A DNA stretch of 64,000 bases from Tubulanus polymorphus. Its lineage: Eukaryota > Animalia > Nemertea. The DNA lies in NCBI RefSeq assembly GCF_964204645.1, contig NC_134031.1, positions 7,750,001 through 7,814,000 on the forward strand, in the 5' to 3' direction. The position numbers and the translations under genes are program-made. Positions 48,812-64,000 of this stretch are shown in pieces (position 1 is the stretch's first letter; the number at the start of each line of letters is the position of its first letter). The notes below the pieces were generated by a model. The model did no database searches and was not told the DNA's origin. It saw nothing but the letters and a program-made list of their open reading frames with translations.

Positions 48812-51800
48812 TCGCCGTGAACTTGCTGCGCGTGTCGTCACAGAGAATAATTTTTTAAGGGAATGGTTTCGTAGATGTGGATTATGAATGTGGTGGGAAG
48901 TTAAACTTCCAGATGAAAATGGATGAACGTTTCGAATCATTAAGAATACAAATATCTGTCTTACTCGGTAGCGTTGGGACTGGAAATATTTCACCGAGTT
49001 GAGAATCGGTGCATATTTTTTACCGAATTGGTCGGTACAGGCTTGTAGCCAGCCCTGTCTTGCAGGGGGTTTGATATTTGTGAAAGTTTAACTTAGATAT
49101 CAGTTGTTAATATCACCTAAGTCTACGGGGCGTAAAAAATTTTTCTTTTAATTTCCTTTTTTTAAAAATGATTATCAAGTTGTCTATAGGCTGACATCTG
49201 GGGAGAACGTCATCGATAAGCGGGGTTTCTTTCGAACCCCCCGAATCCCCTCTAAATACGGGCCTACCGTACTGAGTTAGGTGGAGTCTACAGTGTGTTC
49301 GGAATCTTTGAGAATTTAAATTCAATTTAAGATAAAACTAAAACTTCATCTCATTATTCAATTACTCTTCATTCAGTCACCAGTCCTGTCTATACCGGTA
49401 ATAAAACACGGCTTAGACTCTGATGATCTTTTTCTGATGATAACATGTCATCGATATCAGTAATCGTAACTGGAATTGCAAACTCTCTCTTGCATTTTAC
49501 ATAAATCAAAGTTAGCTGGAGAATTCAAGTGATGAATGATTTCTGCTCCAAAGTTTGAGATGATATTCAAATCATTTTGGGCCAGCTCAGTGGAATATGA
49601 TCAGCATTTACACGCACTTCAGCCGAAGTGAATCATCGCTTTCGAGAAGTCTACGAAACCAATCCAAAAATTCCCCCGCCCAAAATCGTTCATCTATAAT
49701 TTTTAAACGAATGCAGCAAATAATCCCAAACAATCAGCGATTAACTCATTGCCAAAATGGCTGCTGTTATGTGTGATTCTTGGGCAGCCGTCTTTCCTGA
49801 AAGGGTCTTTTGAATTATAGTCGATCCGTGCTGTAATGAATTAATTATGCAAGTTACCGGGTATGTCTTCAAATTGTAAGCGTTAAAATCATGAAATTAC
49901 ATTGAATTTTTTGGTACTTTTTACTACATCTTTCATCCTGTTTTCCTGCATGACTCTTTTCTTCTTGTCGCTTCAAATGGATTAATCAATGTTTTTCTTC
50001 TCGATATTTCTTTACTCCATTGCCTATTTTTCTTCAATATCTCTTCTCTTCAGAAAGTTCATTGCCATAGAATTTTTCTGCTGTCACTTATAAAGACTTG
50101 GTGTTTTACATCTACCATTGGCCAGAGCATTTAATCACATGTCAAAGGGTATTATGTACAATCAATGCTATTAAGTACATGGAGATTTTTTCAATATTGT
50201 TCATTTAACCTTATTGCTTTTTAAGCATATTTTTGTCAAGACCTGATTAAATAAAATCTATTTATGTCGTTTAAATTGAATTGACACGTTTTATATTTGT
50301 TTAGCATCTCCAAATTTTTTACTTTCATGCATTTGTTCATGCATTTGTACAGTCTAAGTGCTTACTTATGGAAAAATTTATGATAGGCCCTGATAAGTAT
50401 TTTGTTTTTAGGCCGTAAGATTCTGAAAGTATAGTCAAAATTCACCTATTGCCAAGAATTTCCTTGTGCACAGTTCATTTGGTATCTATATGTATGTAAA
50501 TAGCTCTTGTTATACCACCTCTCACCCTTTGCCATACCGCCAATGAAATCCTAGAGCTTTGTCGGAAAAGTACTGTCGACCTTGTTTTGATCGTTTTTAT
50601 CTGATTGACGAATTGCGCATTTTGACTTTCTGACTCTTATCAGCAGGCTTTGTTTTACTTAAAGAACCTGTGTTATCATGAGATCTATCTGACTGGCTTG
50701 ATAATTTCCATGCATTCATAAAGTGTAGTGAAAATAAAAATTGGTACGTAGTTATCAGGTACCCATTGATATCAAAATAAACATTGGTTGGACCAGCAAT
50801 ACAGTGAGGATTAAAGCAATATGACGAATTAACCACAAAAACGGTAAGGAATTATCAAAGCATTTATCCGTTCTTGAAGAAAAATGATGATAATGCTGGA
50901 ATCACAAATTACACGCTGACGATTAAGGTGAGGTCGACTGTACTTACTGTTAGGATTTATTCAGGCCCCGCATCGAGATGCTCTATAGTGATCGCCTTGT
51001 CTGTTTTTTGTTTGGCTCGTATATTCGTATGTAGGATTGTTGCAAAGATGGCCGTCACAGCCATATTTGTTTGCAAAATTGGCATTTTGTAGGCGAAAAG
51101 GCTTTTTGAAAGCATTTCCGGCTATCTCAATACTTAGATTGTATGTAGGATCTTGAAATTCTATAGTATAGTTCATGATGATGTCATAGATCGAAGTTCG
51201 ATGATGTCAATCACTGACTTGAAATGTCTATAGGTTTTGTCTTGGAAAAAATTTGATGGTCATAAGAGGTTGTGACGTATATATGTGTTATAACTGGTTG
51301 TAAATTTGATGAAGTGGAGCTTATAAATCTTTCTATGCATTTATGCGATATACAACTGACAGACGTAGAAAGTATTTCATTCACCCCTGTCTGTTAAGAA
51401 ATATGGTAGGCGGTGGCCATTTTGAAAGAGCGAAAAATGGTATTTCAACGGTAGTTATCTGTGGACCTAGCCCATCACAACTTCCAAGTTTCAAGAAATC
51501 GTCACTTGGTGTGTGTAGAAAGCTAACAGATAATTAAAGATGTCTATTTGGGGAGTGATAAAGCTGATTTTCAGGTAGGTGTAATCCATGGACCAGCCAA
51601 TTTTCAAGAACATGGAATTACTGTACATTTGTAGTGTCCAGAGCAATGAGAAGGAATTCATTATGTCTGCCACAGTGGCCATATCGGAAGAGCCTGAAAC
51701 AAACGATGTGTACTTTGAAGTGTAGAGCGCCATAGAGAATTGCCAAGATTCCACCTTGGGGGCCATTCTGAAAGAGTGAGTAATTTGAAAATGGATAACA

Positions 51801-52102
51801 GCTAATTTTCAAGGAAATTACACGCCCTTCGTAGTATCTACAGCGTTAACAAGAAATTCAAAATGACTGCTGTGGTGGCCATAATAGAAGAGTGAGACAC
51901 TTGATTTCCAATTGGTGTAATTGTTGGGCCTAACCTCTACACCTACCAACGTTGAAAAAAAATTGCATGTAATGTGCAGAGCAATAAACGAGGGAAAATT
52001 GCACAATGCAAGTAACAAAAGATGTCACCCGCTCTACGGGGGTCACATAATAGTAATGATCTAAGCATTGAGCTATGAGTCTATCATGGAGGTTGTCTGT
52101 GA

Positions 52103-52582
52103 TACAGTAGAACTGGCGTAAGTCGGAAAATCGGCAAAGTCAGTTGAAATTCCAAGGCCCCCATTTTTTCAGTTCATTTTCCTATCAAAATCTGTCTCAA
52201 AGTCGGATTCTAGGAGTCAGAAATTCGGCTAAGTTGGCTAAAATATATGTTCCGAAAGTTTCAAAGCAATGCATTTTCCAATCTCTAAGTCGGTCGGCTA
52301 ATTTCAGTTCTTTTCAAAAAGATCGTCACTGGGGTGCAACGTCTATTATACACCGGTAGATCAATTTTTCTGTCGATGGACACATGTTGAGCATATATTT
52401 ACAATAGTCGTCGGCTATAGAATTAGAGTATTGACCCCGTGTCATTCAGTTGTTAGGGTTTAGGGTCTTAATCTGTAGCTAACTCAGATTTTTCGTAGGA
52501 AACCCCCAAAATCCGACTTACTTTTCTGAGTTGGACATTTTCCCATTGTCCCAACGTGTCCGACTTACGCCAGTTCTACTGT
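52103..52582. mobile_element. pogo/Tigger-type MITE
   Basis: CAGTAGAACTGGCGTAAGTCGGA ... TCCGACTTACGCCAGTTCTACTG. Confidence 0.78.
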
Positions 52583-53384
52583 TCTAACTTTAGGTGATTT
52601 AACTCTATTGATCACGCAGGTGGAAGTATAAAAATCTTGCCTAGGGGTTCGCTGAATTGAATTAGTTTAGTAAACAATTCTCCATTAACAAAAATAACTT
52701 TAAACCTCGGCAGACGTAGGTGTCAATTAACAAAAAGAACATAAGATCAGACAAGATATATTACAAACCTAAGACCCCCTAAACATAAGACCTAAAAGGT
52801 CTTTCGTAGGTTTAGGGGGCTTAGGTTTAGTCACACCCGCAGTCGTCCAGGTCTTTGGGAAAATTTCACTGCAGAAACAACAAACAGGTCTCGATTATCT
52901 AATTCTCAACAATAACAATTTTATTTTCAAAATAACAATCCCAAAACTATATCATTCATGATTAGCAACATTGGAAGGGTATAAACGTGTGTGTAGAAGG
53001 CATTTCAAAAGCTTAATATCTTCTCATCAGTAGCAAAAATCTAACGATTCATTATCTTTATCCGCGATCACACAAGCAATTTTGGCCAGGAACAACTGTT
53101 CACACGGGCCCGTGCCTATTTTGCCCGACCAAAAATGGCGGACTGGGCCCAAGCCAAATTTTAGCACAAGACAAATGATTGCGTTTGAACTGCAACTGGT
53201 TCCGGAAATAACTTGCTTCACTTTGTTCGAGCATTGTTTAGTATCGAGTGAGTGCTCTCTCCAATTAGGCACAGATTGTCTCCGTGTGATCGCGGCTATA
53301 ATACGTACAATCCAAATCTTCAATACAGTTGAACCTCATTAACAAACATGTTTCGGTTAATTGGTACGAAAACCATTGATACAA

Positions 53385-53945
53385 CAGTCGAACCTCGTTA
53401 GTACGATGCCCGTGGGAAAATAAAAGATCATCGTATTAACCGAATTTCGTATTAATCATTTAATAAAAACAATTCCATATTACCTTAACCTACTAACAGA
53501 CAACCCATCAAGAAGTTTATTGCAGGTGTTTTTTAACTTGTACTTTTATAATGTAGTTTTAGAATGTAAAGCACAGTGTTTAAGATTTTATAACCGCACT
53601 ATATAAGATAATATATAATCATTATTATTATTAGGTGTGGTCAGCGCTACCACACAATAGATAACTCAAGACAACGCATAAACAATACGAACTAGTCTGA
53701 CTTTTAGAAAGGGGGAACTCAGTACGGACCATCGTACTAAGCGTGCTAATTTCTAGGATAGAAATGAATAGGAGCTAGTAGGAGCTAATTTTACGTCTTA
53801 TTACCAGGAATTTCGTATTAACGTGATCGTACTAAGCAAACATTTTTATTGGAAAATGCTATAACAAAAGCCAGGATTTCTTAAATTTATCGTATTACTA
53901 AGGTTTTCGTTGTTTGCTGAATGGTACTAACGAGGTTCAATTGTA
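53385..53945. mobile_element. pogo/Tigger-type MITE
   Basis: CAGTCGAACCTCGTTAGTAC ... GTACTAACGAGGTTCAATTG-TA. Confidence 0.7.
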
Positions 53946-55883
53946 TGAAGACTTTATATATCACGAAAGACTTCTATTAACCCACATCTGGATAATATGA
54001 AATCCAAATTTTGCCTAGGATATCCATATCAAACGGATTCCGTTTTACAATTCATTCCCATTCAAACTTAACCCTTGGATCAAACTCAATCATAAGTAAC
54101 TTCATACACTATATTCAACTATTGGTCAATTGCATTATTCGATGGGTAAGCTTTTTCACTGGTTTATAATACCGGCACCTGCATAGAAACTGTACATCAT
54201 TCCAAAGGAAAACAATTTTTTTATATAAGGTGGATAAAGCCTAGAAGTTGATCATCACAAGCATTGGCAGAGATTAACACATGATATATTGATGCAATTC
54301 CACACTTCCATCATTTGTGAAATTGGTTTGAACTACACTTGTATCTAACAAATTTCAAGTAAAATATGTGAAAAATGAAAGCAATAGAATAGAAAATATT
54401 CATTAAATCGACAGATATGCTTTTAAATTCTTTGGTTGATAAATATTCTCTGTAACCTCTGCAGAGGTGGTTGACTCATCCCTTAATTAAATAAAGCCAT
54501 ACACTTCATAAATTGTGGCCATTAACTTTTTTTAAAAATATTTGACCTTGATACATTTATTTACATATATACAGATCACGGCCCAGTTCATGAAAAGGTT
54601 TGAGCTTAAATCCGTAAAAATTTCAATTTTTGTTCTCATTGATACTATGAAGTAAGCAATAGCAAGTAAACCAAAAATTTTAACTTTCTCGTGAAACTGA
54701 GCCTACTCAACAGAAGAAATTTCATTGAAAATCTTAATAGGGCCTAATATAGAACTCACTTTGGATGACTAGGGACTGCCCAGATTTTACCGAATTAAGT
54801 AGAATCCGAATGATAAACAATAGTTCACTTGGTTCCAGGTTAAATGGCCAAAATGTATCATCAAAATACAATGTATTTCAACCAAATTGAAAATCCGGAT
54901 CCGATCCATGTACATTTTGTCACCTAACATATTACACAGCACTTAGTACATGTTCATAAAGGATCCGTTCATAACAAGTTAAGTCCACATGCATTTAAGG
55001 GATGTGGGTGGTCGACTGATGAAAGGAAGAATTGTAAACTCAGATATTATAGATATATATTCAAAATATATTCAACATGAAACCACATGTATTCATTATC
55101 AGTATTCTGTGTGGAGGTCTATGTGCTCTTCTTACTTTTATCGATTGTAGTATCAATTTCGACCCCTTAATGCAACAGCTTTTCAGACTACCGGGTGCAT
55201 CCAAATTATGGCAAGCTATACTCGGTAATGAAACCTTGGTAAGACTGTGCCCCGTTCAGTGGGACACCACGGGAGGTGACCCTGATTTTTTATCTACTGA
55301 ATGAAATACAACGCAACAACAGAAAACAGGATACTTTAGGCTAATACAAATTGATACCTTGTTACCAGACTCACAGCTGTAAAGCTGTACAGTATGTGGG
55401 CAACACTTCAAAGCCGTTGTGAGGTTAATTGAATAAGCCAATAGTGTTAGTCTTGGGAAACCAAGATCCAAGCGACGTAAAGCCAAAAAAACAAACAAAT
55501 GTAAATATTTCTCATCTCTGCTGACCTTTAAAGTTAACTTGACTAGCCGCCTTACCCTGTACATAAGTTTTTTTCAAATCATGATCAAGCTAACAATAAC
55601 AGACCTGGCAGTTATAGAAATACACCGATTGCAAATCTTATATTTCAGTTTACAAACGTGACCTGGCCAACTACGAGAAACGAGGTATCATTTTTGTTAA
55701 GCCTAATCAAATACATATTTTACAGTTATTCTAGTCTGTTTTACGATTACATCTTGTACTTCATTTTCAATGTAGGCTGATTTGGAATATAATAACAGTA
55801 CATTGACGAAGAAATTAATACAATTCAGGAATGCTTTCATCAGGGAATTAAAATTAAACATTCATATTTCGAAAATCACCCAC

Positions 55884-58800
55884 TCACAGATGCGTCGTTC
55901 GATGATTCAGTTCCATTTCCTCATCGTTAATTGCAACAAATCTAATGTCACCAGCTTCCACGTCAGATTCATCCGTTGTAGTTCCATTTATAGATATTAC
56001 TGGCCTCGTCAGGTTGTCTTCTTGATCTGCTCCACGATCATAGAATTTCGACGTTTCCCCAGCCACTGCATTTCTAACCTACAGGAAAATAACAAGCAAA
56101 ATTTACATTATCTAATATTTTTCTATATGTAAACAGTGTGTCCCAAAAAAATGTACACATATACCAAACTGAAGCCGTACCAGGTATCATTACTAATAAT
56201 CTTTCTACACACGTACGTTTCTTTCCTCATGAAAAACATTTTCTATGTGTTTTGTTATGCCGTGTGTGTTGGAGTTAAAACACAAAACGCCAAACAGAAA
56301 AACTTTTTTCACAAAATGAGCACTGCTTGATTTGCAAAAAACATTAACAAAACGTTATTCGTCTGTGTGTTTTGCAAAACATCCATGGCCGTATAACCAA
56401 TCAGGGAGCATCACTGCATCACATGACATATACATGAATTGATGTGAATTGTCTCCATGGATTCCACGGTGCAAGAAATGTTTTCTGCTTGTTTTCGTTA
56501 AGCCGTGTGTGTGGAATGTTTTATCGTCTGAGAATACAACGTTTTGCTAAAAAAGTTTTGTATTTTCTGTTTTGGTGAAACAAACGTTTTGCTGTGAGCG
56601 GTGGGCTTTATAGATTTGAAATTGAACATTATTCATCTTTCAAATGAGCTATTTAAAGCTTTATTTCGTTCATGGATTGCTGAGCATCATGGGAATGGTG
56701 TAGAATGGGAATGGTGCATTTTTAGGATCCAATACGACCACCAATCAGCCATCTTGAATGCTAGTATCACCATAATCAATAGGTTTTTTGAGCTATATAC
56801 GATACAACACATATGTCAAAATAAAGGTTAATGCTGGTAACATCACAGCTCATCATATCGGTCTTATAATGCATCCACAAGGGCTGGTAGCTAACTGATT
56901 TCAAAAGTCACAATTGACGGAGAATATGATGCACACATCGGATTTGTTTAGATGAGAAACAAAGGTATTTCTTTGCATGATCTTAATGTTATTTGAAACA
57001 ATCTAAACAATAAATTGATAAAACATACCTCAGCTAAAGCGACAACTCCAACTAATCTACCAGTGTTTGTAACGTACGCATGATGTAAATTCAACAAGGC
57101 AAACATTGAATGAACCTATGAATAAAGAATGACTATAAATTCAAATTAATCTTACCAGTAAGTGAACCTGGCCAGTCTATAACAGGTGTGTCCCAAGCCA
57201 TAGTCCTGGATGGATTGTTTAATCTAGGGGTTCACAGATTAGGTGAAATTCTTGATAGTCAGACAATTTCAATACCCCTGGTGAACAAATACAGTAATCA
57301 ATGAGCTTGAAACTACAATCATAAAACTTGTAGATAAGTTGGAATTCGTTCGAGTTGGTATCTTGCAATTGATGCTTAGATACCAACATAATATATATTG
57401 AAATACCACATAATCCCACCAATGCCCCCTGGTGAACATACACAGAAACCCATGACCTTTATGATCACCACACACATAGAACATGTCATGAGTAACAATT
57501 GTTCAACTGATTGTGGTTACAAAACCTGTATAGGTATCAATGTACATACCGGTATATGGAAATACCATATTCAACGCCCCCAGTTAACATATACAGAAAC
57601 CAATGACCTTGAAACTTACCACATTCATATAGCATGTCATGGACTTCAACTTAGCTATCTATTGCGCAGTGAAACAGGGCCATTACATAACAACTACCAA
57701 CTATATTTATCATTCTAGACTTGATTTCAAATTGGGAAGGACAGAGAGTACTTATACTTAAAGAGTAGAAAGTGAATCTATGTTTTTATTGTATGTACCT
57801 TGTAAAGTGAGGTTCTTTCAACTAGCTGGAATGGTGCTGGATCAATCTGTATGTTGTTAAAATCAACCGGTTTCTTCAACAAAGCTAGCTCCCATGCCAC
57901 TTGCTACAGAAATTTCAATGATACAATAATCTAATACATTTATAGTTTTGTCTGTTCAAAATTACCACACTTATTATGCATAGCGATTTTTGATTGATAG
58001 TACACAGGAAAGTTTTCTTCCTCATTTAGGTCAGAAGTTTTTGGTTTTTATACCCGATAAATCATTAGACCCAATCTAATTGCAGTATTTTCGTTAAGCT
58101 CTCATAAAATTACCTCTTCCTTAGTAAGATCCATTACTCTGGCTGGTGGCTGTAAGAGAAATCAGATTTAGCCATACTATAGTGAGTTTCCGACACGAAG
58201 GTGAACAGTCTGTGTCAATTTAAATCATTTTGATCCATTGATTTTGTAATTAACAGAAGCATAATCAGTAGTGCTTACCAACTTCAGTCGTTTAGGAACA
58301 CGGAGTGTAACATCTTGTGAACTCTTCTCATTTTCACTCTAAAAAAATACCCAATGATTTACATCAAACGGGGCACCATCTACATCTTCGTAGTGTTATC
58401 TCATGAATACTATACCTCAGAACCAGCGTCAGAGCTGTCGCCAATTCGAAATTTCTTCTCTGAAAATGGAGAACATATCAGTGCCGATGGACCAATACAA
58501 TGATGAAATCCTGCAGTAAGTTACCGATTATATTGTGTCGTGATTGAGACATTTTCCTACCTTGAACTGGAGTTGAAACTGGACTTCCATCCGGGGTTTT
58601 GTTTTTGAGTATTGATTTCTTTGGTTCGGTTTCAAGAAGTTCTTGAGCACTGAGACTTCGAACATACTGACCAGGCTGAAAACATAATAGTGAAATGATT
58701 TAAGACACTCTATGGCTCCTCTTTGTAAAATGGATATTTTGCCCCTTCCAAATAACAAGACGTTAACCCATTAGATGCCGCGACTTCATATTTATGTTCC

Positions 58801-61800
58801 AGAATAACAAACACTTAACTAGCCAATTTGCATATAAAGATTAGTAGAGATGCAGTGTGAAAACTACTGAAAATAATGCATTACAACCATTGGTTATTTT
58901 GAAGATAATTATACAGGCTTTCCATCGCTGCATAGATTTGGTCAATCATCAAAGTATAGGTGGCGCTATAGTACAGCGAACGTCGAACGTCGACGGACGT
59001 TCTGTGGTCTAATGGGTTAATATAGCTTAAAAAAATATAAGATTTCAAAACGCACATATTTTATTTATTCATTTTAGATGAATGCATCTTGGACATTTCA
59101 ATTGGCTAGAACAATGATCAATTCATGCAAAACAGAATTCCAATTTTGAGCAGTTAGTAAAATGAAACTTTTTATGAAAGGCTTCTAAGCTGACGGAAAA
59201 GCAAATACCAGTACATGTAAGTGAAAGCGAATAAGAAGGAATGTACATTGATAAAGATCAAAGTGTGAAAATATGACTCTCCGAATCTGGATTCATCGAT
59301 GATATATCTGGTAGACTTAAGATAAGCATACGGACAAGTACTCAAAGCAAAGCGATTTTATTTAATTATGTACTTCTCTAAGTAAATTGCTGAATGTGTA
59401 GGGGCGTTCACACGCGGATTTCAGTATGGTACCAAGCGTTCACACGGTATAATTATTCGAGGTCTATTCGCGGCTTATTCAGAACTGTACTGAAATACCG
59501 GATTATTAAGCGCAGAAAATGATTCTGCACCGAAGACCTGAACTCAGTACGGCTGAGCTGGCTGCGTATTTTCTGTAGTGTGGAACGCATATTCGGCGCA
59601 TAGCAAGCTGCATATTGTAGTACACTACACTTAACCAGGGGATAAGTGTTGTTTATTCACGTACATGGCAGCTTTTACTCGTTTTTTACTCCAGTTTTTA
59701 ACATAAGAAGCCCATAAAAAGAATTAAGATATGTAGGTAGTGTATTCAAATTATTTGATGCTAACTTTCTACAATATGCGTGTGACGAACATATATCGCT
59801 CGTACAGATTGTTACACTAAATTGACAATTCAAACTGCTATTTCGAAGGCAGGAGAGTAGGTTAAGAATGGATTTGACACAAGAAAACAATGATAGCATG
59901 GAAAAGCCATCCTGAAATCACCCTAAATATCAGCATAATTAAAGCGGGCATACTAATTGTCAAATCGCGTGTGAACACAAACACTGTAAGCGTGATATTC
60001 TGGTAAATTCGGCATCACTGAAGTACGGTAATTTGTGAGTGTCGAAACTCGGGTGAACGAATGTTGGATTTGTTTGAATTTGCTTTTCCACACAATCTGC
60101 GCTTCTTCAGATATAAATACTAACTACTGTCTGCTCGATCTACAGTCAAACTCGCCTAACTCATCTTGCTACCAGTCGTAGAATCATGTAGCAGGCCTGC
60201 TTAATTTGTATTTTAAATGAGTAAGCTGAAGTTTGAATGGATTTCTAAGGAGTAAGTTGAATCTGTAGAGATCAAATGAGATATGCATTTTTGCATGCGC
60301 CAAGATAAAAGTTCAGTTGTTTAGCTGACACCGTACATTAGCTAATCAAATATCATTATACACGTAAAACAGGAGCAGGTTCTCATTGACCATCAATAAT
60401 GGATGAATTTGATTTCTTTACATTATCTATAAGTGTATTGCGATCGATTTTAATACATGTACATGTTAAAATGTTAATGGTCTACTGTGACTTTGAGTGA
60501 GCTTTGGGTAATGAAAGAAACTGTCTCTCTATCGTACCCTGAGGAACTTCAGTAAGAAATAAGTTACAACACATTTCACACATATCATGCATGCCACGAA
60601 GATATTTCCGACATTGCAATTGGGCAAACCTTCTCTAAGACTGATTAGAGGAGACCAGAGCAAGACATTCAATACCCTCACATAGGACTTGCCCATTCGA
60701 CCCCTATCAATCCCAGAGATTTTGCCCAAAACAGAAAAAGAGAAACTATTGAGAAACTTAAGATGACACTGAGAGAAGCAACTGACAGGTGTGCAGTCTA
60801 AAAAGAAAAACTCTTGTAGGCCTCTACTATTTAAATTCTCATTTCTAATATATACTATCATCAAATATTTACCACTTCCAAAAAATCCTGCAATATAAAC
60901 AACGTATTTCTAAACGATTAAACAAAATCATAGCTATTGAAGAGATCTGACATGGTTTACCTTACTTACGTTTTTGGTACAACAATAAAATTTAACAATA
61001 ACGAAACAAGAGATGGTTTAAGTAAATAAGCGACTTGACCGTGTAACTGGATCATGCAACAAAACCAATTTGACTCAATAGCTCATGCAACCCGCATTTG
61101 AAATTCAAGATGAGACTTACTCCTTTACGTTTTGCTTGTAAGCGCTTGACACTGTCCTTCCTTGCTTGGTTCATCATTCCTGCATGAATTGTCCACCTAG
61201 AGGCAGTTTCTGGAACTAACTGAAAACGATTTGATAAATTTTAACAATTTACTCTGACCCATTAGTTTCATCGAGATCATTTTCTTTGGTTTTGCACACA
61301 CGAAGCAAAAATTTGGATACCAGCAAGGTAAATCATTATCCTGTTCAACTTATCTTATTTCGAACAATACCTTAAAGTTCTCAATCATTTTTTCTCTCTG
61401 ATCGGGAAGTTTAATAGGATCCTCTTTTGCCTTTGTAACCGCAAATCTTGATGGCTTTCGAGTTAGCTAAATACATACATATTGGTTATAGATGAATTCA
61501 CCACCGGAAAACGAGTAAATGAACTCATGATGTTATACTGAATCCAGTTCCACAGTTACGAGCTAACACTTGACTCAAAGCCATCGAAAATGAACTAATT
61601 CTAACTCAGAGTTAACTCTAACTCACAACTGTGGAACTAGACCCTGGTTATAAAGCATGGTACCCAGGATAACCATTATCAAAACTGGATATCTTCAAAT
61701 AGATAATCAATCTTTTCATATATACCCAGTACCGGTATATCATCTTACTTCTGACATGTGACCGAATATGTAGATTACACGTTAAACACAATTCCCAGTA

Positions 61801-63609
61801 ATTCAGTGCAGTAAGTATAACTGATATATGTGCTTTGAATTGTAATACACCCAATGATATTCATCGAGACTACTTTTCTCTAACGTACTTGAAAACTTAA
61901 TCGTCGCATGTTCTGCTCCGCATGAAAAGCATCAAATCATCTATCAATTTCAGTCAAAATTGATATAGCATAGTCATACAAAATTGATGCTTGTTGTTTG
62001 TTGGTAGTAAATTAAGCATGCGGAATCCTGGCATGTATGATAATAACCCCTTTCTAACATCAAAAGGTATTTTCTAATGTTGGTTCCTTCATTGCAAGTG
62101 AATCTTTATAAAAAGTAAATCTCACCAGTTTTTTTGTGGCACCATCATCAGAATTATTGTTTGCCTTTGTTGGTTCTGATTTTCCAGATGGCGCCGGATT
62201 TGCGGCGGCAGTATCAGACATCGTTGGGGTGTCGAGAGATGGCAAATCGACAAAGCTACGTCGAGCTTTCACACCAAACGTCGATCTCAAAATACGCTCC
62301 AACTCGGCTCTTTGAATCGATCCGAGAAGAATCATCGACTCTGAAAGACACGAAGACGATCAGAGGTGGTGTAATATGATCTGAACTCTGATCAAGTTTA
62401 CCGATAAACTTACTAGGACTATCGACGAAAGGAAATCCACGATAACGATAGTTCGATAATAGATCTTTTATTTCCTGATACGTCGACTGGAAGCTGACAA
62501 ACTTTATACTCTTAACCATGATGTCTTCAACAAACACTAAATGAGCCCTGAAGTACAGAAAACATCATTCACTCTGTACATAGCATCGCAAACACATATT
62601 TAGGGATCAAGGGAGACCACGCCCACTTGGGAAGTTACAAGTTTCAGAATTCAGGCCAAAATCAATTTAGATACAAAAAGAGTTACAGAACAGCCATCTT
62701 GTGTCCGATTGACTCAATATTTCTGATGCTGATGGGTCCTGCGGGATACAAACATACGTAAAAGATCAAGATAATTGATTGAAGCATCTTCAAAATTTCT
62801 GATTTTGATGAACAACAATGGTTGCCAGTCAGCCATCTTGATTCTGGCTGGGCCAGATTATGGGCTGCAGATGTGTCTAGGATGGATACAGGTACGGTCA
62901 ACGTCCCTTGGGACTGTGGTTTTTTCTAAGAATTAGACATTATACAGATTATACGTACGGATGGATGGACGCAAAATGAATCCAATAGCCTGCTGGGAAT
63001 AAAATAATTAAATGACCAGGTAAACTGTAAGATATTATTGAAACTGAGGGACCAGGCACCAGATGACAATTTGAAATTCAACGCCCCATGGCGAACATAT
63101 ACAAAAAATAATGACCTTGAAACTGCAGTACTCCAAGTCCCAAATGGATAACGAAACACTAAAATATCAGGTCATATTTAGCTAAGTTAAGATCATTGAC
63201 GAGAGAAACTATTGGCCATCATCAGTATGCCAGATGATGACTAATAGTATTTAGCCGAAACGTTGCTCGAAATATATACCATATTGATATATAGTATAGA
63301 ACTTTTCTTTTTTGGCTGAATCTATTGTGGGATTTTTTTCACTATTCATCTTACAAGGGATATTGTGTATCTTCTCGACCCATAAGATCATTAACCTGGC
63401 TCACAAATTGACACAAGGGCTAGAATTCAAGCCCATTTTTGAATCAAGTAAGGATTATATGAGAATAGGTTCTGATTCTCAACTTACATGTTTTGTTGAC
63501 CTCTAGTTGTAATATCTGGCAGAAATGGCAGACGCTTTATTTGTATAATGCTGTCATATATTGATGGCATAAGAGCTGTCGCAATTGCATTCGATATCAA
63601 TACTGCTAT
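55884..63609 (-). CDS. CLCN2: CLC-2/ClC-a-like chloride channel, last 12 coding exons: 63488-63609, 62414-62547, 62126-62340, 61371-61466, 61121-61219, 58561-58675, 58416-58459, 58279-58338, 58114-58149, 57799-57903, 57029-57115, 55884-56078
   Basis: [29 protein letters not shown]; CBS1 [27 protein letters not shown]; PKKSILK; CBS2 [39 protein letters not shown]. All junctions GT-AG with compatible phases. Confidence 0.92.
58763..59020. mobile_element. piggyBac-type MITE
   Basis: TTAACCCATTAGA ... TCTAATGGGTTAA. Confidence 0.75.
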
Positions 63610-64000
63610 CTATATATGGAAGAAACAGCTTTTATTCCCGTTCTTTGACGTCAGAGCTGCAAACTTAAAGATTCTTACCAGGGCATTCATTAGTTAGGGA
63701 AAGAATGCATTTGGCAGGGACGGTCACATATTACAATTATGTCAGGAACTCTAAGACAGATAGCAACAAATAAACTTTTTCTAAGCCAGAAATTTTTCAT
63801 TTCTATCCATCATCTAAGTCGAGTCCCTCCCATGTAAAACCAACACAAGCAATTGCCTTATCAACTGTAAGTAGCACAATTAATTTGTTTTGAATGATTA
63901 TGTAAGCGCATCAAACGTAGGTGCAAGTCAGATTTCCCATGTGACCCTTTAAGTAGGTCTACAAACAGTGAATTGGTCGAGGTCATAATCGGGATGGTTA

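Noticed and set aside
49000-55800. Numerous 60-100 aa ORFs between JAGN1 and the CLC gene
   Set aside because: No recognisable motifs or consistent splice structure; UTR/intergenic DNA with MITEs.

Overview
Eukaryotic (invertebrate-like) genomic DNA with three host genes. On the minus strand are the 5' seven coding exons of GTF3C5 (TFIIIC63, 8338-20949, continuing off the left edge) and the 3' half of a CLC-2-like chloride channel (55884-63609, continuing off the right edge). A jagunal homologue with an uninterrupted CDS (JAGN1, 48230-48811) is on the plus strand. The rest is a dense nest of mobile DNA: a DIRS retrotransposon (RT-RNaseH-methyltransferase) interrupted by a hAT transposon, two Gypsy relics, a solo LTR, a BEL/Pao relic, Helentron-type HINEs and many MITEs. 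Two features stand out. (1) A very AT-rich, decayed ~7.7 kb endogenous Polinton/adintovirus-like virus (28430-36120) encodes a packaging ATPase, an integrase-chromodomain protein and a putative capsid; 7 of its 8 recognisable gene starts lie in the poxvirus-late-promoter motif TAAATG. (2) A 6.5 kb TIR element with an intact 7-bp target-site duplication encloses the only ATG-bearing first exon of GTF3C5, while a 5'-truncated second copy of that exon lies just outside it. All family assignments come from motif recognition by eye; no database searches were run.
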